Below, one piece after another: positions 11,301-21,108 of a DNA stretch of 64,000 nt (the stretch's first letter is position 1; every line of letters begins with the position of its first letter). The stretch covers positions 19,902,001 to 19,966,000 of the forward strand of contig JBHGNT010000002.1 in assembly GCA_043228905.1 (NCBI GenBank), written 5' to 3'. Both the position numbers and the translations under genes were made by a program. The stretch is from Azolla caroliniana (Eukaryota > Plantae > Polypodiophyta). The notes under the pieces were generated by a model, which was not told the DNA's origin, did not search any database, and was given only the letters and a program-made list of their open reading frames with translations.

Positions 11301-11923
11301 TAAGGATGATATTTTGCCGGAAGTTGTACTGAGGAGTCCTTCTTAATAGTGCTGGAAGGATGTACTGATATGGAAAATAGGAACATTGCCTCCTTGGGTC
11401 CTTCTTCGCGTAGTTGATGGAGTGAAATGGTCGAAACTCGGCGAGTTGATTCTTGGGGTGGTCGATATCGGACTTCTCTTGTTCTCCAATCTATGGCTGG
11501 ATTATGTAACTCAAGCCAAGGTAATCCTAGGACAATGGGATGCTCTGGACTACTAATTATATTAAATGATATTATACACACAAAACTACCTAGGACAACT
11601 TGAATGGGTTCTGATTCTTCTACAATATTCCCGGAAGCAATGGGACGACCATCAATGACCACTACAGATGCGGGACAAGGAAGTTTTCTTAAGGATATCT
11701 GAGAAGCTTGGGCAAAATTTCGATCCATGAAACAGGAATTAGCTCCGGAATCTAAAAGTGCTAGGACGGGTACTGGGGGAGTACTTTTAGTACTAACAAT
11801 GACTTGGGCTAGGAACACATTGCTAACTTGCTTGGAAGGAATGGAACCACTAATGGGCTGTACAGATCTAGGGCTGCTGTCCAACCAAATGGCTCCTATT
11901 TTGGCTGGACTCAATCGTTTAAC
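8342..11923 (-). CDS. pol: Gypsy Pol (protease, RT, RNase H, integrase, chromodomain), entered by a predicted -1 frameshift
   Basis: LLDSGANSCF; YLDDLL; EADASDFALG; HDTHTAGH...CDAC; LDFITDLP/ISDRGPQF; GPF; EYEVAAILDS...YLVDWLGY...TWEP. Confidence 0.97.
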   Translation of the reverse strand, partial: VKRLSPAKIGAIWLDSSPRSVQPISGSIPSKQVSNVFLAQVIVSTKSTPPVPVLALLDSGANSCFMDRNFAQASQISLRKLPCPASVVVIDGRPIASGNIVEESEPIQVVLGSFVCIISFNIISSPEHPIVLGLPWLELHNPAIDWRTREVRYRPPQESTRRVSTISLHQLREEGPKEAMFLFSISVHPSSTIKKDSSVQLPAKYHPYADVFDKVKAGTLPHHRPYDCPIDLQPGTEPPWGPIYNLSPTELEVLRAYIEENLASGFIRHSKSPAGAPIFFVKKKDGSLRLVVDYRGLNKVTIRNRYALPLISSLLERVNGAKFFTKIDLRGAYNLVRIRPGDEWKTAFRTRYGHFEYTVMPFGLTNAPAVFQHMANDIFRDLLDICLIIYLDDLLIYSKTQEEHDSHVLLVLKRLRENGLYAKLEKCSFDCKQVEFLGYVISSKGIAMDPAKIQTVLEWQIPRSVRDVQCFLGFANFYRKFIQDYSKIILPLTQLTKKGQAFLWSIEADMAFRHLKKAFTSAPILAHVDTSKPFIMEADASDFALGSILSQQGDKEELHPVAFHSRKFDVTEINYEIHDKELLAIVDSFVQWRHFLEGSPHQVIVFSDHKNLAYFQNARVLNRRQARWAQFLTRFDFKITYRPGKQQGKADALSRRSYLAPRPGEATFDNQKQVILGPTRLHTTRIFHTPMDSRITDDIRATLKTDSFAQDILAHIDTSRASCSQSQQPGIDYRQFEYHDGLLFFKKRVYVPDCSCRLQIVQHCHDTHTAGHFGSTKTLELVQRSFWWPHMRRFVDDYVRTCDACCRAKMPRHHPYGLLEPLPIPSKPWQSICLDFITDLPVSKGFDAILTVVDRYTKMAHFVPCTKAITSEETAALVMREVFRHHGLPDSIISDRGPQFVSKFWQHLFKMLKVSCNLSSGYHPQTDGQAERTNQTLEQYLRCFLSYQQDDWAEILHFAEFAYNNAIHSSTRVSPFFAYTGFHPRWSVIDTPELPTNPRAEDHLERLRKIQMDLSTHLRHAQHTQKTYADRHRIPSSFAIGDRVWLLRRHIKTTRPCDKLDYRRLGPFRITGKINDVTFRLDLPPQLQIHPVFHCSLLEPYKANTIPDRVTPPPPPLELDAGPEYEVAAILDSKLVRNKLYYLVDWLGYSPSERTWEPVENVANAQDLLADFHRKYPDKPGPQVALTRSTRRL
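11843..11923 (-). promoter_or_regulatory. Predicted -1 ribosomal frameshift signal (G_UUA_AAC plus H-type pseudoknot)
   Basis: The heptamer at 11923-11917 lies in the very short gag/pol overlap. A 6-nt spacer precedes the stem GUCCAGCCAAA/UUUGGUUGGAC, and loop GGAGCCA can pair with downstream UGGUUCC. Confidence 0.75.
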
Positions 11924-13068
11924 TCTTCATCTAATTGACTAAGGATTTCAAATTTATTTGAGATACTTGGGCTATTAGTACTATGAATACTATCTGACAC
12001 TCTATTAGTACTATTACTACTATCAGACACTCCGAAGGGAAGAATTGACTCAGGTTTAGTACAGGCGACAATTTGATTTACCTGTCTTCTTGGCCTATGG
12101 GGACAATTGATGGCGATATGTCCTGGTCCACCGCAATAAAGGCATAATCGATTGGCACGTCGTCGTTGCTTTTCTTCTTCCGATAACGGGCCGCGTCGAC
12201 GCATGGTATCGATCTCCATCGGTGTCGAAGTATTTGCTTGAGGTATGTCTCGTGCAAACGGTTTAGCCGCGACTGCGGCGTAAGTGGGCTCTGGCCTAGA
12301 GCGTGGTATCTGTAATTGACGTTCTGAACGCCGTTCAAAAAGGCGGTTGTCACATCGAACTGCCCGACTGATTGCCTCCGTAAGAGACTTTGGTTCTTCG
12401 GGGAAAGTTAGAAGTAGATCTTTGACATCGTTTCGCAAGCCATAGCGAAACTGCTCCATTAGTGCTTGATCATCCCAGGGTATATCTGAAGCAAGTAGGC
12501 GGAAATCCGCCGCGTAGGCAGAGGCTGGACGATCGCCTTGACGCAATCGCCGGATCTTGTTGATCGCCGTCCTGATGCTGTCGGTGTCTCCAAAGCAGGC
12601 TTTAAACTCACCAATAAAATCTTCAAAGTTATTAAGCAAGGGCGATTGTTTTTCTAGAAGCGGAGCGAACCATGCCAAGGCTGAGCCGCTAAGTAGTGTG
12701 CCTATTAGGCCGACTCGAGATGCATCAGTGGGATATCGGGAAGGATGCATCTGGATGACTAAGCGTACCTGATTAAGGAATCCCCGAAATTGCGAACGCG
12801 TTCCATCAAATTTCACAGGAAGTCCAATCTTGGGCTCTTTATGAAATCCTTGGGGACTGGATCCTTGTTGTTGCAACGCTGCTTCGAGTTGTTGTACCCG
12901 TAACGCTAACTCCCCATGTTGTTGTTGCGTTTGTTGTTTTTCTAGAGCGATTTGTTGCAGATCCCCTATCAGCCGTTGGTTTTCTTGTTCCAAGGCAACA
13001 AACTTTTCTTTTAGGCACTGTAGCTCGGAGAAAACGGATTGGTATTCTTGGGCGCTAACAGTAGCCAT
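11911..13068 (-). CDS. gag: Gypsy Gag (coiled coil, capsid, CCHC knuckle), PEG10/sushi-like
   Basis: EPKIGLPVKFDGTR...; LRQGDRPASAYAADF; TPMEID; CLYCGGPGHIAINC. Confidence 0.95.
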   Translation of the reverse strand: MATVSAQEYQSVFSELQCLKEKFVALEQENQRLIGDLQQIALEKQQTQQQHGELALRVQQLEAALQQQGSSPQGFHKEPKIGLPVKFDGTRSQFRGFLNQVRLVIQMHPSRYPTDASRVGLIGTLLSGSALAWFAPLLEKQSPLLNNFEDFIGEFKACFGDTDSIRTAINKIRRLRQGDRPASAYAADFRLLASDIPWDDQALMEQFRYGLRNDVKDLLLTFPEEPKSLTEAISRAVRCDNRLFERRSERQLQIPRSRPEPTYAAVAAKPFARDIPQANTSTPMEIDTMRRRGPLSEEEKQRRRANRLCLYCGGPGHIAINCPHRPRRQVNQIVACTKPESILPFGVSDSSNSTNRVSDSIHSTNSPSISNKFEILSQLDEELND

Positions 13069-13123
13069 AGTATAGGGGAAAGGGTAGGAAGATGAGGGAG
13101 AGTGACAAGTAGGCTAGAGGAAA

Positions 13124-13135
13124 AAATTGGTTCAA
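13124..13135 (-). promoter_or_regulatory. Non-tRNA primer binding site, complementary to the predicted 5' end of the element's own RNA
   Basis: Minus TTGAACCAATTT lies 2 nt after the 5' LTR and is the perfect complement of minus AAATTGGTTCAA at 13349-13338. Confidence 0.75.
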
Positions 13136-13137
13136 AC

Positions 13138-13566
13138 TGTCAGGAATAGTACTAAAACAGAGATGGAATTAGTACTAAGAAGAGTAGTACTATTAGTACT
13201 AAGAGGACGGGACTGCGTAAGATTCCCGAGAGAGAGGAAGTGAGAAGAGGAGAGAGAGAGGGAAATAGGATGATGACAGCAGCTCTTATATTATATGAAA
13301 GATAAGTACAAATCGACTAAGAGGCTTAAGACTGGTGTTGAACCAATTTGGTTCAACATAATGCTTAGTGCCTTCTTTTATAGTGTTCTCAGGAATAATC
13401 CTGAAGCTTCTAGAATGTTCCAGAGAAATCTGGAATATACATTACTTTCTTATAATAAAACATAAATGAAAATAATATTCTATGAATTACAATAGATGGT
13501 GAGATGGTTAAGAGCTCGACCCATATACCATAAGGTCATGGGTTCGAGTCTTGCCATCTCATGACA
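13138..13566 (-). repeat. Gypsy 5' LTR (429 bp), with TATAAAAG at 13382-13375
   Basis: Identical by eye to 7902-8330 and upstream of gag. Confidence 0.97.
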
Positions 13567-13571
13567 CGGCC

Positions 13572-13817
13572 CCAGTTGTCTATAGCGACAGTCAAGGTGT
13601 TGTTGCCTTGTCGAAAAATCCGGTTCACCACAACGCCTCCAAACATATCGACGTTCGGTATCACTTCGTTCGGGACTACGTCATTTCAGGGAAAATCGGT
13701 CTAGAGAAAATATCCACAACCGACAATGTCGCAGATGGAATGACCAAGTGTCTTTCGGCAGACCGCTTTCGGTCCCTTCGGCATCAGATGGGCGTAACGA
13801 CAAACCAGTCCGGTTAG
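13572..13817 (+). CDS. pol: Copia RNase H C-terminal part, resuming after the gypsy insertion
   Basis: PVVYSDSQ...KNPVHH...KHIDVRYHFVRD...NVADGMTK continues ...VDHDSA across the TSD. Confidence 0.93.
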   Translation, partial: PVVYSDSQGVVALSKNPVHHNASKHIDVRYHFVRDYVISGKIGLEKISTTDNVADGMTKCLSADRFRSLRHQMGVTTNQSG

Positions 13818-14003
13818 AGCCGGACACAGCGCAAGATGGTTTCAGACAACCGACATCAGTTCCTTAATGATCGGCTTCAACTCTTCCGACCCGACCAGTC
13901 CGGTCTTCTGCCTTCGGATCCTGCCGACTCGAACAAAACTGATATGTCCGAGAACCTAGGTTTATACCTGTAATCTTAGATAACCCATGTATACGCCCAT
14001 TAC

Positions 14004-14313
14004 GGGGGAGTGTCGAATACAAGTGTATAATGGACGTATTCACACTATCCCTTTGTATAGCTCAAGTTTGGGCCATTTGTGTAATTAGCATAAATGGTAG
14101 TTGCCCTAAGTTTGTCACTATATAAAGTGACCTAGTAACCTTTTTGTAAGGTTGGTTGTATTATTGTTTTCTATTGAATAGAAAGAGTCTTTTGTGCCTC
14201 CTCTCTCTCTCTCTCTATCTCTGTGCACGATCTCAGAAACTGTCATACGCAGGTATTCAACTCCAATCGAATGCTACTTGATCTTCCGCATCGACACGGC
14301 CTTGTATCCAACA
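14004..14313 (+). repeat. Copia PPT (GGGGGAG, 14004-14010) and 3' LTR (14011-14313)
   Basis: Direct repeat of 3137-3439. Confidence 0.97.
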
Positions 14314-14318
14314 CTAAG

Positions 14319-15400
14319 TGCTTGGTAATTCCACTTTGGCCTCAATGAAGATTTGACTAGCATGGGAGAGCCACTCCATTTCAGCACGAACTTTGACCTT
14401 GCCCTTTCTGCTTCTTTCGAATCCCCTTGAATCGAATCATACCGACCGCGCAACCAAGCCACAAGATCAAACCAGATATTTAACATCATCTCCCCGCATG
14501 AGATCTTTTGCTGCTGAAAAACAACCGTACAACGCCTGATCAAGATGTGCCAGGCCGTCAAACACGCCACCATAAGCCAAATCTCCTCAAAAATTTCAGA
14601 ATTTGTTCCTGGTCTCACCCCATCACATTGGAACACGCTACCACCCTGCATTATAAATCCATGTCCTTGTGGGTTTAACCGTTCACCCTAGTTTTCCCCT
14701 TTTAAGGACAACCCTTGTATTGAGCCCCACACAACGTTCCCTTTCACACCACAGGCTGCCACGATTCGAAGGCCTCTACTCCAAATGCTAATCGCCTCTG
14801 TACAATTCCAAAAACAGTGAGAGATTGATTCCAAAGCCTGTCCACATAACTTACAATTAGCCTCACCACCACGAGAGCTCAACCACTCGCCTCCAAGTAC
14901 CGCCTTGTGGCTAAGAAGCCGCCACCAAGCCTTAATTTTTTCTGGCATATCCAATGCCCATAGTCTCCTCCAAAACGACTTCAAACCGTCGTTTGAAATG
15001 CCTTTATCCTTCAAGCTGTTGCGAATCATTCCAGCATCCACGGTTTTGGAGCCAATGATTCGTCTTCCTAGCTTGGTATTGTATTCAAAAAACTTTTTCA
15101 AGTTTTTTTATTCCTGGTGTCTGCCACCAAACCTCCAATGGGTCCCGCTCCAAATCATATAAGGGCTTGTTATCATAAAGCCATATTTTACAATCATGAT
15201 CCAGTGTCTTAGGGTCCCCGCACTACCATCCACCTACCATCATCTATCAAAGAACTTAGGTTACCCCACAAACAATCCCCACTAGTTGAGCACCTACCAC
15301 GGATAAGTTGTGCGTCACCCTCACCTACAAACCAGCCTGACCAAACTGTCTCTTCCGCAGTCAACTTATCCAATCCATCAACAGCCCCATCTATCCATAG
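14319..15400 (-). mobile_element. L1-like LINE ORF2 C-terminal remnant (zf-RVT)
   Basis: FWRRLW...KIKAWWRL...CKLCGQALESISHCFWNC; AWHILIRRC. Contains stops. Confidence 0.85.
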
Positions 15401-17479
15401 TCATATTGCTCGTATAATTAGCTGCATTGTTAATGTTAGTAGTGTTATCTTTAACACATTCGCGTTCACAAGTGGAAGGATCGTGCATTCCACTTGTAGA
15501 TTCCTTTTATAATCTTGCGATTTTAGGCAATTTTTAGAAACTTGATACACCAACATCACATGTTGTAAATAAAATTTGTTAATTTTTTGAGATTTAACAA
15601 GTGTCAAAATGATCATTTCTAAAATTGAATAGGTTTTCAATAAATGTTTAGATGTTGATGGTTTGTAGATATGAAATCACAATGGTTAACTCAAAGCACA
15701 CGTTAAGATGAATGGTTTCACCATCTTGAGGAGGTGTAGGTTCTAGAAGTGGAAGTGACATATATTGTTAGTGAAAAAAAATTACGTATAAGAGGTAACC
15801 TTCTAATCCTTAGTGTCATCAACATCTATTTAGGGCTCATCAACATCCATAAATTCACAACTCCAAAAATGTAGACAATATTAATAAATAGTTTTAATAA
15901 ATTCACAACGCCAAAAATGTAGACAATATTCATAAACAGTCAAAACTATCAAACCTAGACACGAACATTAATATTTCATTGGAACATGTCACATAGTTAT
16001 CAAGGTATCCACATTGCTCTCTTCTTCTTCCTTTTGGGAATGCTCCTCCAAATTTTGTGCAGTAGTATCTACTCCACAAAGACTAGCAATGGTAGGGTCC
16101 TCTAATAGCTCATCATCAAAATCAATAAGCTCCCTAGATTCACCAGTTAATGGAGGAATAGATTGACAATGTTAAGGCTCTAATCCTCATGTTAATGAAA
16201 CTAACTTGCTCATCATCCTTTTCTAGTTCAACAATATTCCTATATAGCTTCAATGTAGATGAGAATTTAGTACCTATTAACAATTTAAAATGAAGATTGA
16301 TTAAGCTAAACATAAACTATATTGATTTCCAAATGCATAGGAAACAAAGTTATAATAATTTACCCGAGCCGGGGAACAAATATAGTATCAAACCTCCTTC
16401 GTTGGAGAACATTTCAAATGACGAATATCAATATTAGCTAGAATTTATTGATGGGTAAATCAAAATTCTCCATGTAAGATAAATATTCCTTACTAAGAAA
16501 GGTTTTGTATCCCATGGCAACATGATCTCAAGGCTTGTGCTATAGAGTATCCTTGGTCCATGCTATGGAATACAATAATTCTCCATAGGGATGCAGTCGC
16601 CAACTATGTGAAGTCTTTCACCATCTTCTTAAGTTGTTTGAACCTAAATGATTCATCATCGTATGTTGATCCAACTATACGCTATGTTAGTAATCAATAA
16701 TATGTATTACTTTGTTGGCAATATGTGTATTATCTCAGCCACATCACCACAATAGACATTATTTTATAAATCTCAGGTGAAATCCTTTTTGTGGCTAAAT
16801 TTCTTAAAAGTGTCATCATCTTTTACACCATATGCCTTCACTAAACGCTGGTCCTTTTCTTTCCGAGCTCTTTCAAGATGTGCAAGAAATGATGTAGGAA
16901 AATCATGAATATCTTTAACTTCTCTCGGTTTCGTACTATCACTGTCTTGGTATAACATCATTGAACAATATTTCTTTGCTCTTTAACTATACATGGCTTC
17001 CTCATGTTGAGTAGATTCTAAAGGCTAGCCTTGATATTTCAAACGTATTTTCTTGACTGTACGGTCATCCTCATTTTTAATTGACCTTGTAGGGGCAAGA
17101 ACGAAAAATAGAGAGAAACTCTAGAAAAGGGCTATAAATGCCGAAAAGGGACTAGCATATGTGAAATATGCCAAAAATTAATGAGTTTTTGTTAAATAAC
17201 ATGTGAAACAAACACTAAATATCGTAGTAAAAACATTGAGAGAATGTGATTTTCTGATAGAAAATCTTGGAAAAAAATAGAAATTCATTACAGAAATAGA
17301 GATTATTTGTGAAAATATACAATTTATTCAGCAACGAGATACTTCTTGTTTAGTTGTTTTGGACAATATTGTTATTCTTTAAAAAGTACCACATACACAT
17401 GACGAGAGAGATGTGTTTACAAAACCCCACCCCAAAGTATCTTGCTTTCATTTAAAATATTATAAAACGATGTTATCCT

Positions 17480-17895
17480 TGTGCAACTAGATACAAAGTA
17501 TTTAGTTGCCTCAAAAAAATACTTTAAACATAAACTAGTTACATTTGTCAAATTGTGATGAAAAACTAGTATTTTTAACATCAACTCGATAAAATGTATT
17601 GAGTTCGTGTTTAAAGTTTAAAAAAAAAACGTTAAACATGAACTCGATACATTGTATCGAATTGTGATGAAACTTTGTATTTAATATCAACTTGATACAA
17701 TGTATCGAACTCATGAACTCAATACATTGTATCAAATTGATGTTGAAAACTCCCTATTTTCATCACAACTCGATACAATGTATCGAGTTGGTGTGTAGAG
17801 TTTTCTTTTAAAATTAATAATAAAATAAATTAAAATAACTCTACACACCAACTTGATAAATTGTATGGAGCTGTGATGAAAATAGGGTATTTCTC
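17480..17895. repeat. Cluster of CTCGATACAATGTATCGAG-type palindromes with a foldback arm pair (about 17745-17805 / 17835-17893)
   Basis: About 7 degenerate palindromic units; gagttggtgtgtagagtt pairs with aactctacacaccaactt. Confidence 0.7.
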
Positions 17896-18546
17896 GCTAG
17901 CGCTACCATTTGTGCCATGTTTTGGGTCAACCTCGACTATTTACCCTCTCATGATAGAAGAAGTCAAATCGATCGCTTCACTTGCACTCCTTCTCCCATT
18001 GTTGTTCCAAAATCCGGTGTGATTTTAATCACGGTGTACGCATGCAACGAAAAAGAAAAATGTGAATCTGGGAAGTAAGTGCCAGGCTTCTTGTCAAAGA
18101 AAGAGGAGAAACGAAATAGCTTGTATTGATATTTCCAAGATGATTACAATAGTATAGTTTGTCTCACTCCTTACAATAGCATCTTTTGTGTCTACTGTTA
18201 TTCACCCTTGATAAGATTACTCTTCCCCTTTTTATACATTAAGGAGGTGGGTGCATGAGTGGCAAGTGTTACCCATATGTATTAGGAAGGTGGATGCATG
18301 AGTGCCAAGTGTCACCCATGCATAAGGGGCACCTATAATAGTGGGTAATAGCTTTAATAGCTAAAATACTCGATAAAAATGTGCTTTGAATAAGTATTAG
18401 TGTTAAAAAGTGGGTAATAGCTAAAATAGCTAATACTAATAATAACAAGTGTGTTGATAATAGGTATTTAGCTTTAAAAGTGGGGTAATAGCTTTAATAG
18501 CTAAAATAGCTTATAGTGATAATAACAAGTGTGTTAATAATAGGTA

Positions 18547-20603
18547 CAGTAAACATTCGGTTAAGTGATTGTCCACTTAAGTGTACCATTCTATTAAGTG
18601 CGCTTTTTTTAGAGGTCAAAATCCAAATAAAAAAATTTCCATTGTTTCATGATGAAATTACATCAAACCAAATAGAAATTTGTTCCAAACATCTAGAAAA
18701 CAACAAAATGATCAACAAAAATATGATTTGTAAGTCTTTCTCTACTTCATACCAAAATCATGTAAGGTCATTTGCCTACTTTTAGCCATACGCTTAGAAA
18801 CAATGGCAGAATTTGTTTCTTGAATAATTCGACAAGCACTTGATAAAGCTAATTGTACTTGCTTTGCTTTTTCAGAACTCAAATAAGTTTTTTTCGTGAT
18901 TGAATTGAGCATGAGTTCACAATCAACAATATGTTTCAAGAGTTCAGGAATAATCACATCTTCTTCCTTTAAGCATCCATGCATGTCTTGAATCTCAACA
19001 AACTCAGAATCTGAATTGTTTTCATCATATGCAAGTGGCTCATTAGTGTTGGAAGCTTGTGTTATAACTTCATCAATCTCTTCAAGGAGATTTTGATTAA
19101 GTTTTTCTGATTCATTTGAATCTACATTACACATTCCATGATCTCATCTCGAATTTCTTCTACATGTGCATTTTCAAGAAAATTGCAATTACATAGCAAA
19201 GCAACAAGATCATTGATGCATTGATCTTCCATTTCACTAACTTCTGAATCAACATCATTAACACGAAATGATGGAATAATATCTGCCTTTTTATAGCAAT
19301 TAAAAATTGTCTCCTGCTTGATCTCATTCCAAGCAGTAACAATGCGATTCGCGACATCTAGCAAATGTGCCAACTTTCCAAAAGCTAAACCAATAGAGCC
19401 TCGTCTCATACATTTAGCAACATCTTCCAAACTAATCTTAACATAATCTGGACTATCATGATATGCCAAGATTTCTCTTACCAAATGATATTTGTACCTC
19501 TTTTTCAAAGCTGCAATGATTCCCATATCCATCGGTTGCTTCCAAGATGTGACATTTGCCAGGAAAAAAATCACTTTAATAGCATCATGCTCAAATGCTT
19601 CGGCATGACCAAGTGCATTATCAAGGATTAAAAGCACTTTGCGATTAGTTCGCTCTAAATTCACCTCAACATTTCATTCCCTACCAGTCAAGTGTAGATG
19701 TACAAAAACCTTTTGAAGGTTTAAACTCTTTGACATTTAATGCATACAACCTTATTTAAGTCACAATTAACTTAAAATTCATAGACGAATGAATTGGGTC
19801 TTCTCCAATTAAGTTGGAATATTATCCATCAAGGAGGCACACATGTTAGAATGTGGATACAATCTTGATCTAATTTTGTTGAAACTTTGCTTTGGAGAAA
19901 GACTAATGTTGTGAACCACAAAATGAATTCTACTTAGATGTTCCAATGCTACCATAAAATAGGTTGTGCATGGGTCTATGAAGAGGAAGCTAATAAGCTA
20001 TTAATCGATTAATAGCTTATTATTTGGACTAACATGAAGGGAAAGCTATTAATTGATTAATCGCTTAATAGCTTATTATATGGACATCTTCCAAACGATT
20101 GTCTACTTATACATATTTTTCTTACCCTATATTTAGCCAAATATGTGGATTATTTCTCCTAAGCCACATGCCATATCAACCACAACAAAATATGTGGATA
20201 TCAAACTAAAGAAATCGTGCACAATTTCTAAACAATTAACACATTTCCATCTAAATTATGCACAAATTTAGAACCTCTCTTCTCTTCCTTCTCTCATATT
20301 CATTCACAACTAATAGACATAAAAAATAGACAGGAAAGAAAATACATACCTAAAGACAAATTTAGGAGCAAGAATGTGGTGAGTGATGTGGATTAGAGTA
20401 GCGCTAGTAGTAGCAACGGGTTGATTACAAAAGAAGAAAGGGTCTTTTTATATGGCTAGTTGGGTTGTGCTTTCTGCGAAAGAGAAGAGAGAAAAAAAAT
20501 TGCGGGAAATTTTTTTTGACTTAAAAAGCCCTAAGTGTGCGGCTCAGTTAAGTGCGCACTTCTTCCTTGCGTTCAAAGTGTGCACTTAATCGAATGTCTA
20601 CTG
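18547..20603 (-). mobile_element. Tc1/mariner pogo/Tigger-like DNA transposon, internally deleted
   Basis: TIRs CAGTAAACATTCGGTTAAGTG / CAGTAGACATTCGATTAAGTG; TA TSD at 18545-6 and 20604-5. Confidence 0.92.
18742..19664 (-). pseudogene. pogo DDE_1 transposase C-terminal half, frameshifted near 19130
   Basis: RKVLLILDNALGH...NVTSWKQPMDMGIIAALKKRY; acidic tail ending RQMTLHDF. Confidence 0.9.
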
Positions 20604-21108
20604 TATTTAGCTTTAAAAGTGGGTAATAGTTCTAATAGCTTTAATAGCCAAAATACCTGATAGTGATAATAAATGTGTTTTGAATAGGCATTTAGCTTTA
20701 AAAGTGGGTAATAGCTTTAATAACTTTAATAGCTAAAATACATGATAGTCATAATAGCAAGATGTGTTGATAACAGGTATTTAGTTTTAAAATATTTTAC
20801 TCGATATTATGTTTTTTTTTTGTAGATTCAACTAGCTATTATAATCCTATGGTGAGTGTTCTTATCATGTTATTAGCTATCACTTAGTTAAACAACCATT
20901 TACAAATATTTGAATCAGTTCATATAATTTGGTAGAGGTTATTTTCTTATTGTGGCACGAAAACGTCATGACACTAGTGAGGACTACACATGGTCACTCA
21001 TGTCCGTTGGTGTTCCAATCTTCAGTGACAACCGCACATGGTTGCTCATGCCCGTCGGTGCTCCAATTCTCGCTCACCCCTACACCACACTTTCGAAAAG
21101 GCAATTGT

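Larger units (their letters stand above)
7902..13566 (-). mobile_element. Ty3/gypsy chromovirus (Tcn1/Tf1-sushi-like), apparently intact
   Basis: TGTCA...TGACA LTRs at 7902-8330 and 13138-13566; TSD CGGCC at 7897-7901 and 13567-13571; uninterrupted gag and pol; C-terminal chromodomain. Confidence 0.98.
3137..14313 (+). mobile_element. Ty1/copia LTR retrotransposon, full length, interrupted by a nested gypsy element
   Basis: TG...CA LTRs at 3137-3439 and 14011-14313; TSD CTAAG at 3132-3136 and 14314-14318; PBS; PPT; gag-PR-INT-RT-RH domain order. Confidence 0.98.
18335..20800. repeat. Degenerate roughly 70-90-bp minisatellite (aaaagtgggtaatagctttaatagctaaaata...) split by a pogo element
   Basis: Units at 18335-18546 and 20604-20800. 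The empty site aataggta|tttagctttaaaagtggg matches the unit at about 18460. Confidence 0.8.

Noticed and set aside
8315-12772. Plus-strand ORFs antisense to gypsy gag/pol
   Set aside because: Shadow ORFs expected opposite a long GC-balanced coding region; no motifs.
15800-17100. hAT transposase remnant
   Set aside because: Only a vague resemblance; no convincing catalytic or dimerisation motif, TIRs or 8-bp TSD found.
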